A DNA stretch of 64,000 bases from contig NW_019217788.1 in the NCBI RefSeq assembly GCF_002571385.2, forward strand, positions 1,430,087 through 1,494,086, written 5' to 3'. The notes under the pieces were generated by a model. It searched no databases. It saw only the letters and a list, made by a program, of their open reading frames with translations, and was not told where the DNA came from. This document shows positions 24,801-37,407 of the stretch, in pieces. The position numbers and the translations under genes are program-made. This DNA comes from Stylophora pistillata. Lineage: Eukaryota. Positions within the stretch are counted from its first letter, which is position 1. Each line of letters starts with the position of its first letter.

Positions 24801-26447
24801 TGTGAAAGCAGTAATGTCGAAGGGGAAAACTTATCAAGAGTGGCTTGAGGTCTACAAATACATGACTTGTCTGTGATGAAATAGCATCGTCTCGATCTGG
24901 GAAAAATATATAGTCAATATTTCAAAGTGATTTAATAACATAATACAAAATGTAAGTTGCACTGAAATGAAATCATTGACGCCAAAGGATTAATTATCGG
25001 TTTGTAAGGCTGCTAAATTTTCCCATTTCCTTATTTATAATGTTTCAACCGTTCTTCGTCCTAAGCAATTTTTGAATTTGCTCTTCTTTCAATATGGTCT
25101 CTTCAAAAATTTCCATCCTATGGAACTGATATTTAGTTGTCTCCTCTGAGCACAAAATAATATTGCTCGGCGCAGTGACTAACTCAAATTTAAATGACCT
25201 TTTTCCGTTTTTGCGGCACCAAAGACTCTTAACTAGTTCCTTTCAGTAGCGTTATCACTATAGTAAACTGATTACAAAGTTCAAATGAAAACATTCCGTG
25301 GAATCCCTCTCGGAAAATACCGCTAGAAAAGTGCATGGTTCGACCGCCCAGATTACTCCAAAAAAATAAAGCCGAACACCACACGCAAAGATTTAATTTT
25401 TTTTCGCCATCCTCCAATTACTCACCCTATCACTATGCAACTAATGGTCTCGATAATGTGTTGATGTACAAATCAGTTTGAAAACTTCCAGGTTTTTATA
25501 CACATTTCTCGTTTTTCGTCTGTTGTTTGAAGGGAAATATCAAGCAAAAAAATCATATTCCGATCCAAACGAATCGAAATGCGGCCGTAAGCGAATAACA
25601 CGTGTTTTCCAGGTTAGAAGATGATCAATGTCACAAAGCCCGCAGTGAGCAAGTGATAAATTCCCATTTAAAATTTTCTGACATCACATAAAAGTGAAAA
25701 TTTGTGAAAACGTGATAAATTTGCGTATTAGCAACCATGGCATCAGTACATAATCAGCCACAAAAACGTGCTGGCTACCGAAAAACCACTTGGAAGCTTC
25801 CTTGGAAAATGCAAAAAATGCCATCAGCTGACTGAGTATAAATATTTTCAATTCTTAAGGAAAAATTAATCTAAACAAGTCTTCGCAAGGGGTCACGAGA
25901 ATCCGTCTTTTAAATTCCACAGCTATAAGTAAATAACTACATATGCCATCAAATGCTACAATAGTAATCGTAGAAGAATATAACATATTCAGGTAAAGAA
26001 AACAGAACTGTTACGATTAAACGAAAATAACAAATCATGTGATATTGTAGATCGCTGATGAGAAATCACATGATATTGATCACTTTTTGCCTTTTTTTTT
26101 TTTCTCATAAAGTTTGGCTAGAAATTTTGTCCGGAAAAAGCAAATGCGAAAAAAGCCATCTCAGTGCGAGACAACCCCGTGCGGTCATGAGGCGTGACTT
26201 TGTCCTGCTCGCTTAAATGTATTCTTAATGCCTAGTGACATCATGAGTTCTCGAAAAGGGCTGAATTTTTTGTCTTTGTAGACGCCCTGTATCCGGTTAC
26301 CGTACGACTCAAAGCGAAGTTTGCCGCTTGTAAAGGAAACAGCTCAAATAAGTCGTTATCAGCTGAGGATATCCAGCTTTTAGCGGACAAACAACTTATT
26401 TACAAGCACCGGCCAGGGTTTGGAAGCACGCACTTGAGAATTTAACC

Positions 26448-26559
26448 ATGGGGTACCTTCTTGTGGTATTTTTCCTCAGCAATGCGTTGATTTCTGTGTG
26501 TTGTGCTTGCTCGTGTTTGCCGAGTCATCCTCAAAATGAATATTGCAACTCTGCATTCG
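26448..26559 (+). CDS. TIMP: TIMP-A exon 1: signal peptide plus CSCLPSHPQNEYCNSAF
   Basis: MGYLLVVFFLSNALISVCCA|CSC..HPQ..YC signature. Phase-1 donor G|gtgagt. Confidence 0.92.
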
Positions 26560-29500
26560 GTGAGTAATGAATATTTTGTGCCATTACGAGGGATACATTT
26601 CGTGTACAAAAGCCTGCATGAAAAACCTTTTGAAAACGTCAGCAAATTATTGCAGAAGCAGCCTGATATAATTCAACGTTTGACCTCTCTACTTGTTTCA
26701 AACTACGTATTCATGCGTCGTGATTTTATTGGAAAAAAAACACATCGCTCCTCCGCGGTCGGCTACTTATTAAGACGAAATCCGAGATGAAAGAAAAGGT
26801 GAAAGGACAGTTTTGATGAACTGAAAGGGAAAGATGTCAATGAAGTCACTTACGGGTGTTTATTACTTTCAAGATTCACAATACACTTGATTGCGTGCAA
26901 AATAACATAACGCGTTTGTCATTTCTTTTGCTGTGCATAACATAGCAGAGCGGTTTTAAGGGTGTTAGCTGTGAGGTAGTAATCAGGTTAAAAAACAAGA
27001 GTGGACCTTCTTACTAGAGATTTTAATACCTCGATTGTTGTTAATACCATTTGACGAGGAAATTAAAGAATTCAGGTGGTCTATTTCGTTTTCTTCCGGT
27101 GTTGATTCGGTCGGTCTCGTCGATACTATATCATATGTGGTATTGAATCTCGGTTCGATTCCTTTTCTCTCTTTCTCAGACAATGACAAACAAGAGTTTT
27201 ACGAACAGAAAAAACTGTCACTACTGAGATATCTCTGAAAAAAAATTCGTCCAGGGCATGACATAGAGATAAATCCACTGATAAGTTGCGGCAAATCCCT
27301 AAAATATTTGTCATGGATACACAAGCGGCGACGGTTAAATCATTAATCTGAACGTTTTTGTTTTCGCGACGAAACCGCAACGTTATCAACGACACAAAGC
27401 TGCACACAGAGGGCAACTATAAAGTTTCTTCGGAAGACAATCCCAGACTGAAGACAAAGCAAACAGAAATATCTACAGCCAACGTTTTTTTTTCCCAAGA
27501 TAAATATATCTTGAAAAAAGACCTTTTGCCCTGATTCACTGAATAAGAACCTCTTAAAGCAACACAGGAAACTCACGCAGGTTTTGGGTTGTTGAAAAAA
27601 AAAAAAAAAACAAATCATGATTCTTTGAAATGTTTATAGAGAACAGAGAAAATGTTCTTCAGGATGGCTCTCAACGACTGACGGTTGTGAAGCAGAGGGG
27701 ACTTACGAAAAATATTTCCACTTACTGGAACTTAGTAAGTGGAAAAATATTTCCACTTACTATTTCCACTTACTCATCAAGTTTTTTCGTTCGTCAAGCG
27801 AACACTCGGATGTCACGATAGCCACTAAGACCCATGGGTAGTGAGTTTCATTTTGAAATAGGCGAGCCAAATGAAAAAAAAAAAAAAAAAATGCGCTTAT
27901 AAAAGAAAAGGTAAAAAAGCCGTGCTGCGAGAGTGGGATTACGCGCCGAATCTTACTATTCCCTCTGGGTATTATGTAATCTAATTTTGGATTTTTTATC
28001 AAATCAGTTGTCGCGTCATCGATGATAGGTAACGTGAAAAAGAAAAAGCTCTCACACATTGACACATGGAAGGAAATGGTTAATAAATACTAAAAAGCCG
28101 TTTTTTTTAAATCGCTCTCCTAGTCAGTTTTGAACTGAAATCAGCGCGTTTTCGCTGGTCATGAACATGCAATGTACTTTTCTGTACAGTATGTCAGAAG
28201 TAGCCGATTAAATTCAATTGAAAAAATATTTCACCTTGGCCCGTTCGTGTTTCGTGTGTTTTCAAATCCTGTAATCTTCATCCAAGATCGGATCGAGCAA
28301 TCTTAAAATCAATTGGATTTACATGTAATGCATGGCTACTAAACTACTAAACACCCTGATGCGAATTACAAACTGACATGAACTCAAGGCAGCTGTGAGG
28401 TGTGTTGAACATTACATAATGGCTGTAAACTTTCCATGTTTCAAGACAGTTCACCTTTGTTCGACTTTTGTCATACACCTTCGACTTTGATCACAGTTAC
28501 ATTAAGCACTAACCTTGCTGAAGGCATTAAGCAAAACAAGAATTTATAATTACTTCTCATAAAATATTCATACCACTTGGAAGACAAGAGGGCTCAATTT
28601 TCAAGCTACAGGTTATTAACAATTCTGTCTGTTAATAATAATCTCTTGCTTATGAGCTGGCAATGCACTAGTTGCGAAAGAGTAGAACTTGATACTGTTT
28701 TTAAGACTTATTCCGCAACATAAGATTAAACATTATATCTGGTTGTATATACTTCAAGGCGACCTGAACCACCTCGAGGAAACCAAACATTTTGTCAGTT
28801 GAGCAGTTTGGTTATGAGGAATTGTGGTTCACGTTGAGTTGTGTCACGGGCTGCTCAGTGAAATTTCTGTTCTATTTTCAACACAATGTCAAAATTTACA
28901 TCAATGAAGTTTTTTCAAATATCAACTTGAGAAATCCTAAGGCTGAAAGCCTGGCTTGAGTGTACTGTCTACCAATAGCTGACGAAATGTACCAAATAGG
29001 CAGATTCTCAGACTTTTTATCGAAGGTTCATTTTAGTTTGTCTCGGTTAACCTTTAAAGCAGAAAGGATTATGCGAATGTGACGATGATGTGCTAAGAGA
29101 TGTGCGTTGTCCTCGAAAAGAGTCAAGTCTGGGATTTATAACTATAGTACTTGACCATCTGAACATTGTTCGGCATTCGAGGCTGTTAGAATGCAAAAAA
29201 TGGTCTAATACTCTTAGTAAACAGGGTGCTGTGTGGTCTTAAAAGCTACTGAGCTACTCTTCCATGTGGTACCGTTAATTATGCGCTGCAAGACGTAGTT
29301 CTAACAGTGCGTATTAATGTATGACCATTCACTTGAAAGCTTCTAAGGGTGATCTCATGTGAATGGTTATTGCCTAAACTGAGGCAGTGCTAGCTTAATG
29401 TGTCTGAGGATTTCATAAATGAGGTTCTAACTTTTGAGTTGGTGCACCTAACCCTAGTGTGTCACCGCTATTAAAGGAAAGCTACTGAGCACTTTTTTTT

Positions 29501-29875
29501 TTTATGTGACCTGCGACTTTTTTTTTTAAGGAAGAGTAACGTTGATGTCAACTTAAAAAAGAAAAACATTTCATTTTCTTCCGTTACCGTACATATTTAA
29601 TCTTAACTTTCAAAACTATTAGTTACTCAATCTTCATCGTTAAGCCTTTTCGGAACAGAAAATCGATACTTTCAAGAACACGGCCCTTGCAGTCACTTGC
29701 AGGTGACGGTGATGGGTTCTCGACCTTGCCCCGAGGGTTTTCCTCCAGGTTTTCCGCTTTTCCATATCCTTCAAAAATAAAGTTAACAGGCCCAGAGGCA
29801 GGTGACAAGAAACCATTTTGTGGCTGTGCCACGGCTGAAATACACTAAGTTGTTGTTGTTTTTTTTTTCCGATAG

Positions 29876-30465
29876 TCATTCGAGCCAAAGTCCTTTCCGA
29901 GTCCACAGAAAAACCCCTCCAGACAGAACCACCAGAGACAGCCATTGAGGAGGACATCCCAGCGGAATTCATCCAAGAACAAGTGTACACTTTGAGAATA
30001 CTTAAGATATATAAAGGAGCTCGAGAAATCAACAAAACAGAGGGCGTGGAAGTGTACGGCTCACGGCGTCGAACTCTGCGTGCAAAGCTGTACACGCCGG
30101 CACGCGCGTCCTCGTGCCACGTGCCATTGCGTAACCGCACCGTGTACCTTTTGACGGGGCAGATACTCCACGGTAAGCTGAGGACTGGTGGCTGCAAATG
30201 GAGGACGGAGTGGTCGCTGATAACGCGGAAACAAAGGGCTGGAATCAGACGTTTTTATGGAGAGAACTGCATGTGTCAAGTGGGGATGTGTTTCGGTAGC
30301 AACTGCAATAAAATGCTCAGTGGATGTGACAAAGTGGAATGGAAGGCACCTATGAAAGAACACTGTAAAAGTAAACACTCCTATTGCATGAGGGACTGGA
30401 GCGGTGACGCATGCGCCTGGCGGGTGTCGAATGAGTATAAAAGATGCCTGAAGAAAATACCATGA
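29876..30465 (+). CDS. TIMP: TIMP-A exon 2 (VIRAKV... NTR domain plus C domain); gene 233 aa
   Basis: ttccgatag| acceptor, VIRAK motif, KIYKG, SSC, YLLTG, Cys-rich C domain, TGA at 30463. Confidence 0.93.
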
Positions 30466-31410
30466 TGCATTGCAACCGTAAGACAAATGTTCCATCGATT
30501 GGAACAGGAAACTTGAAACTAGTAAAACTGCTTCAGTGTGAAGTCTTCAATAAGAGCAATGGTTTAAGTTAACATTGTTTACTGTTGAGTGTTCATCTGA
30601 CTTCCACATCACTTCCATGTGACGCGAAAGAACTGCAGTCGAGCATTGCAAGTAGCGCTTAGTCTTCACATAATATTGTGTATTTTTAAATAGTTCACTT
30701 ACACTTTGTATTTGCAAATGATAAGCTAAAGCTCAATACCTTTATCTAAGTCTGGGGGCGAATTAAGAAAATGTTTTGTTGTTGACGTGTATTTCTTCAG
30801 CCCAAAGACAAGTGGAAAAACTGCTCTGAAATGGTACTTTACTTCCAGATGATCACTGTTGTCTAAAAATTTGATTGGTTGTACAGACTACTCGTTCTGT
30901 ACCGAAAAAAAAAATTGATGTTTTTTATGCACCATCTTTATCGCAATCACATAACCCACGCGATCCATGAAAATTGGGTCTAACGCAGAAAAGCACAACT
31001 TAAGGCTTGTGTTAAGCAAATTGTGTATTTCGATTAACTGTCGTAAAAAAACAAAAACAAAGAAGCATAAAAAAACCAAACAAGCCACAGTGACCAATCA
31101 GGAGAAAGGAAACAGTTACAAAGAGCCAACGAGAAATCACAGGAAAACGCATGCGTAGTACGGATGGGTTAAGAGAGTGGCGCGAGTTTTCTGGATCAAT
31201 CATAGGGCGAAGAAACTATTGCAATCCCATGACTACTTTCGATGCTCAATTGAAAATTGTACCGAATAGGTGTTAAGGATGTGTTCATTTATGAACGCCA
31301 ACTGTACGTCGTTTAAAGACGAATATACGCTTTGAGTCATGTAAATTACTTTATTAAAAAGATTTTGTAACGGCTATCTGTGCTGCATAGTCTGAATATA
31401 AAACATACAG

Positions 31411-32640
31411 TCGGCCAGTGTACAACACACAGAGGAACGATAGATTTTGAGCCGGTAAGGATTAAGATTCTGGATTTTGAAGGTTTAAACTTGAAATTAA
31501 GCGTTTAGTTCGTGTAAGAGGGCAACACAACTATCTAATAGGGACTTTAAGCAGTCAGGACGGCAACGCCACGGAAGACGTTGATTAAAAAATGAGTTTC
31601 TACATTTAGTTAGAATTTCCAAAATGGCTGCATGTGTTTACCGTCTCATAGGGCCCCAGACCCTCAAACTCAACATAACGCATAAAAGTAGCGTTGAGTT
31701 CCAAATGTAAATTAAAATAACTTGCCGCCGCGGTTTAGCTTCACAGACGACGCAAATTTTGGTGATTTCACGTTGTTGTTTTGCAAAGGACGGCTAAGAA
31801 ATGTACAAAGTTTGAAAACGCACGTGCTGGGCTATTGTTCTGCCAATTAGATCTATTGTTTTTCCACGTTCTCGTTGCCGTAGCCGTCGTGGTTTGCTTA
31901 AAGTCCCTAATATNNNNNNNNNNNNNNNNNNNNNNNNNNNNNNNNNNNNNNNNNNNNNNNNNNNNNNNNNNNNNNNNNNNNNNNNNNNNNNNNNNNNNNN
32001 NNNNNNNNNNNNNNNNNNNNNNNNNNNNNNNNNNNNNNNNNNNNNNNNNNNNNNNNNNNNNNNNNNNNNNNNNNNNNNNNNNNNNNNNNNNNNNNNNNNN
32101 NNNNNNNNNNNNNNNNNNNNNNNNNNNNNNNNNNNNNNTCGGCCAGTGTACAACACACAGAGGAACGATAGATTTTGAGCCGGTAAGGATTAAGATTCTG
32201 GATTTTGAAGGTTTAAACTTGAAATTAAGCGTTTAGTTCGTGTAAGAGGGCAACACAACTATCTAATAGGGACTTTAAGCAGTCAGGACGGCAACGCCAC
32301 GGAAGACGTCGATTAAAAAATGAGTTTCTACTTTTAGTTAGAATTTCGAAAATGGCTGCATGTGTTTACCGTCTCATAGGGCGCCAGACCTCAAACTCAA
32401 CATAACGCATAAAAGTAGCGTTGAGTTCCAAATGTAAATTAAAATAACTTTCCGCCGCGGTTTAGCTTCACAGACGACGCAATTTTTGTTGATTTCACGT
32501 TGTTGTTTTGCAAAGGACGGCTAAGAAATGTACAAAGTTTGAAAACGCACGTGCTGGGCTATTGTTCTGCCAATTAGATCTATTGTTTTTCCACGTTCTC
32601 GTTGCCGTAGCCGTCGTGGTTTGCTTAAAGTCCCTAATAT
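31411..32640. other. About 500-bp duplication (31411-31913 and 32139-32640) around a 225-N scaffold gap
   Basis: Near-identical copies with a few SNPs and indels, abutting the gap exactly. Confidence 0.9.
31541..31907. mobile_element. MITE (gggactttaagc...gcttaaagtccc); second copy at 32269-32634
   Basis: TIRs with subterminal gacggcaacg/cgttgccgt motifs, flanked by taata on both sides. Confidence 0.8.
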
Positions 32641-35413
32641 AACGTTTTACTTCTCCGGTCTAAGACAACAGTTTCCGAGGAATTAGGACAAAGGTAACCT
32701 TCCGAAAGATCCCAGTGTTTCATCGATCCAATTTGTGAAAATCCTTTTTGATTAAAAAAAAAAAAAAAAACAGGGACAGGCAAGTTTAAAAGTTATTTTA
32801 AAATAGCCACGGAATTAAAAAAAACCTTCAACTGAAAACAGAATGGGTCAATTTTAAGTAGCTGTGTTGTTTTTTTTAAGTCAGATGTAGACAATCTTTG
32901 ACTTCCACGTGTCTGGAATTCTGCCCAGCAGACAAAAAATTTGCATGCAAGTAGTTTGGATTTTTTTCCTTAATCCTATCAACTACACCAAATTTACAAC
33001 TATGACTGAAACATAAGCTTAAAGTATTTCAGTGCCTCGACCCAAAAAGCTTCAAGCCCTGAACATTTCAAAGCCTTGACAGAACTCACGTCTGTGATGA
33101 TTTGAAATAGCAAAGCCCTCACGGTTGGTGTGCCCATGCCATGTACTGGCCTTGGAAATCGTACTCATTACGAAAGTTTGGCGTCTTCCTTCACGAATTG
33201 TAAATAAAGCCTTTTTCCTGAACTTCACTTTACACCGAATTGGCTTCTTGAGCTTTTCTAGAATGAGGGCTGGTTGTTTACACAAAATTTATCGGCTCCT
33301 TAGCAAAACCACAACATAAGTCAATTTATACTTCAATTTACGACCAGTCGTTTACGTTAACAAGACACTCTAATTCTAGCCTGAGACTAAACACAGATAT
33401 ATGACACTGTTTGCATGCTTCTGATGACATCCAATACCAAAGTACTTTTTATGTTTTTTAGATTTTCCTTTCATAAATCAAAGTAAACAGATTAAGTTAA
33501 TCGATGTAGCCGCAAAAGCATTTCAAGATCACTGTTGGCTATAAAATCGTGATACCTCTCCAGACGGAAATTTGAAGATACTTTCTCTGAGACACGGTCA
33601 TTTGGAGCCATTTCCAGCGACAAAGGCGCACAACAAAATCGAAAAGAAAGGAATCGCAAGAAGTCGTATCAAAATGTTTTGAGTCTCTTTTGTGATGAAA
33701 GATTTCATCTTACAAGCTTAGGAGTATTGACCCACACCTCCCACACTTTTAGAGCTTAACATGGAGCGACTAGGAGCATTAAAGAAAGATGTGTTTGTCT
33801 TCCCACGAGCGTGGGAAAAAAAATTTCAGTCCCCACGAAAGGTTTGCCGATCTCTAAAGAATTTCAAGCTTAATTTAGAAGACATCTTTTGAAAGACTTT
33901 TTACGATGAACTATTCCGTCACCCTTTCGGCCAGCCTAACTTAATTAATAATTAACCTTAATTAATAATATCCTGTAGGCCAAAATCTAAGAAAGTGCTT
34001 CCCCTCCACGAATGATCATCTCCACCTTCCTATCCCGTTTTTATAGACAATTGATCACGGTCGCCAGACTAGATATTACGATAAGTGTGAAATCGAAATA
34101 TTGGAATTGCAAATGTATACCGTATGCTGCGTTTGGAAATATGTACGAGTCCCAAGTATGCCACTGTAAAAAAAATTATGGATCAAATAAGTATGTAACA
34201 ACCAGATAATTTGGTTTTATCAACTGAGATGAGGATGTCAATTGCAACCAAAAAGATAAATCAACCGCAGCCGTGGAATTCCATTCAATCACAGCTGAGC
34301 ACAGCATGTAGCTAGGTGATAAGTACTCAGTCGACCTTATTGCTTGAAGAAGACTAGCAGTAAGCGGTCAAAACGTCGCGATCCACATCAAGAGACCACA
34401 TCGTGAGATAAACGACTACGTTTCTCTTTTAAAGGACAAACAGTTTCTAGAGATTACTGATGTTCATCACCAGTTTAATTTCGTTGTTTACGCGCAGCTG
34501 ATATCACAAATCATGAATATACTCAGTTTTTAAATCATTGGCCCTCTCCATTAAAAGTCCCCTCCAATAACACTACCTGTCCCCACCCCTCACCTCCCCC
34601 CGTCTGAACCTAAATTCGAAATCAGCGCTCTGGGACCCGTTCTTCCAAAGTCCCGATAACTCAACGGGCCCGAAGCCATATTTTAAAACAAATTAGAGAG
34701 GCAGGTTCCTACACTGTAACTGGTCGATTTGGTTTCTTTAACTGATACAGTTTTATTGTATAATTTTCAACTCGTTAAGTTAAGTTACGCGACCTTCGAG
34801 AAACGGGCCCTTGAGTGATAATTCAAGGATCTACGTTAAGATCTGTCTAATAAACAAAAGATAAAAAGTGCTCTTAAAATATGGGAAAACTTTGAAACCA
34901 TAGTAGTTAACATGATAGACATGCAGTGTCAACAAACAACTTTAAAAGAGTCAAGTAAAATCAATTGACGAGGGTTGGAGATGGCAAATCTCAGTGATAA
35001 ACTCAAGTTAGGCTACGTTTTTTCTGTTTCTTGAAAACTTTGAGATCACATAAAGAAAGCATTATATTGTATCACTCAAGGTTGTGTAACAACGTACGTG
35101 CAGAGCCATCACTGTAGACATGTTTGCATGGCGGCCGCCTGACCGCGTGCTAACACCTGCTGGGACAGGAAATACGTAAAAACAAAGCAAGTTTTTTCAG
35201 TCGCTTAAGGTCTTAACGGAAATTGTGCGCGTAACTTCACCGATTTCTTTAGAACATGAGCGACATTAATCATCCAGTTTGACAGTTTTAGTCATTCGAT
35301 CGCATTACGTCACATGCAGACGTGATTTTACGGTGTTCCTACAACTATTTGAAGCAGTACCTTTCAGTTCTTCGAAGCAGTTGTGAGGTCCACTTTTTCT
35401 ACACCAGATCACT

Positions 35414-35546
35414 ATGCACTCAACTACTTATCGCGTCATTCTATTGTCATGTGCTGCTTTACTTTGTACAGCAAGCCCCATCGAAAGAGAAGACACTGCA
35501 GTCTTCATGAGACATCCACAAGAACAGTTTTGCTCAGCTGATTTTG
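35414..35546 (+). CDS. TIMP: TIMP-B exon 1: signal peptide plus SPIEREDTAVFMRHPQEQFCSADF (no C-x-C)
   Basis: Open 44 codons from ATG, HPQ..FC motif, phase-1 donor G|gtaggt at the same position as in the paralogs. Confidence 0.85.
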
Positions 35547-36868
35547 GTAGGTTAAAATATTCTTAAAGAAAAAACTTGTTAGAAAACGAGTAAAAAATAG
35601 TTCGTGGCTATTATGACGCAGCGTTTCGTCTCGGCGGCCAAGAAACTCATCAAATACCTTTCGGAGTTTCCAAGCGAATCTGTTCGACACCGTGCTTAAT
35701 AGTCCCGAAAGGTAATAGTATTGCGATCTACCCGCACAGAAGGATTCCAAGCCGCACCTTCTCGAGTAACATTTACACACAGAGAGAGAAAAAGAATTGT
35801 GAAAATAAACAAGTATCTGTAAATGATTTGATGGTGAAACAGCGCCGTTAAAAAAGGTTGTCCGTCTAAACGGCGTAACGTTCAGATGTTTCAAGGCCTG
35901 ATTTTTTTACAACGAGGAAATTTTAATATGATAACACTGTTTTAGGAAATAAAAGTACCAAACATATAGGACTAAACTAGTTAAGGATGACAAAGATTAC
36001 AAATGATGATCTTGAAAAGTCCTTTCTTGATTAATTCAAGTTTGCCTAAGCAAAGGGTTCTTCAAAAGGGAATGACTGTAATATACAGTAATGGATCGAT
36101 AATCTAAAGCAGATTTACAACGAATACGTTGTTTTGAAAAGGCGTACACAAATTTTTACGACATCAATTTCTGTGTTTTTTCGTGACGTGTGCAAGCTGG
36201 GGACAGGAACCTCTTACTTCAAAAGAAGGCTTGCCCAAAATGACGTCAAAACAAAACGCAGAACAAGAACTATGAGTCAGACGTTGAGCGCGAATGCGGA
36301 GTAAGCAGATATTAATCAGCATATCTTCACACAACTGTACGATCAGCACTTTTCTTTTAATCTTTGAGTGACTAGCATCTTATGTCTCCTTACAATATTT
36401 CCCCCTGAATCTGAGTCAACTTAAGGTCACAAGAATCAGTAAAAGAAATGATTACCAACTTAAGAAGCTCTTGATTGTTAAAACAAATTCTCCTCGTCAG
36501 CAACTTAGGAAAAGTATAGCGAACAATATGGAGAATATGGTGTAAGTGGTTAAGATATCTGCTTTAGATTTCTAAAAATTTCTTCACTAAAAAGATCCCG
36601 GTTCCTTTGAAGGATTCGCCGGGCCTTGCAGAGTCAGTATTCCTTTAACTACAGAAGTGAGCCAAATGTGACATATTTGTCAGAAATGTCAGATGGTGGC
36701 AAGGGGATTTAGGATTTGGCCACGTGCAACCCAGGAAGGTTCTCTCGGGTAGTACCCAAGGAACCTCCCATCGGGCGCGATCAGAGGGATCACATCAAGT
36801 ACAACGCATAATTTCTATGAGCGATAGGAAATGTCAATAGAAACTGAAATGCATTCTTTGTTTTATAG

Positions 36869-37407
36869 CGGCTCGAGCTGAGGTCTTGCCAAATAATCAG
36901 TCAAGAGAAGAGAACCACAGACAAGGTATATTTGAACACGATCTTCAAATCCATGAAATCTACAAAGGAGAGGAGAAATTCAAAGAAGTCAGCATCAACA
37001 TTACTGTAGAGAATGGTTCGTTTGTAAAAGCTTATAGTGCTCACGTCCAGCTTCGAAGCAGCACTGAGTATTTCCTCGCTGGAAGCATCAAGAAAGGGGA
37101 AATTATGCTGAGTCAGCATAGCTGGGTTCAACCGTGGAAAGAAGTTACCAGTAAACAGCGTGAAGGAATTGAGAGATTTTACGGTCAAAACTGCGAGTGC
37201 CACATCACACTGGCTTGTTTTGGAGAACTTGCTTGCGTTCAGCCCCTACAAGGATGTCAGGTCTCTCACGATTATCACACGATGCGAAAATTCTACCAAG
37301 GCTGCGAATGGCGTTACTCTTACTGTTTAAAAAACAGGGAGGCAACCGCATGCTCATGGCAAGAAACCGCTGAGTATAGGAACTGCAGAAACAACATTTT
37401 GCCTTGA
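36869..37407 (+). CDS. TIMP: TIMP-B exon 2 (AARAEV...); atypical TIMP-like protein, gene 223 aa
   Basis: ttttatag| acceptor, EIYKG, YFLAG, QREGIERFYGQNC and 8 C-domain Cys. Lacks the Cys70 and Cys99 equivalents. Confidence 0.9.

Noticed and set aside
29640-30495. Minus-strand ORFs (185 and 144 aa), and likewise 41767-42327 and 47612-47935
   Set aside because: Antisense shadows of TIMP exon 2 sequences.
31781-32236. ORFs containing X runs
   Set aside because: Artefacts of the N-gap and MITE.
34012-34209. ORF with CKCIP resembling a TIMP C-x-C start (sixth TIMP?)
   Set aside because: No signal peptide directly before it, no HPQ..FC motif, no phase-1 donor and no spare exon 2.
35494-35520. 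Alternative frame HCSLHE suggesting TIMP-B exon 1 is a frameshifted C-S-x start
   Set aside because: The main frame is open from ATG to the donor, the alternative lacks Cys3, and the partner Cys are independently missing in exon 2.
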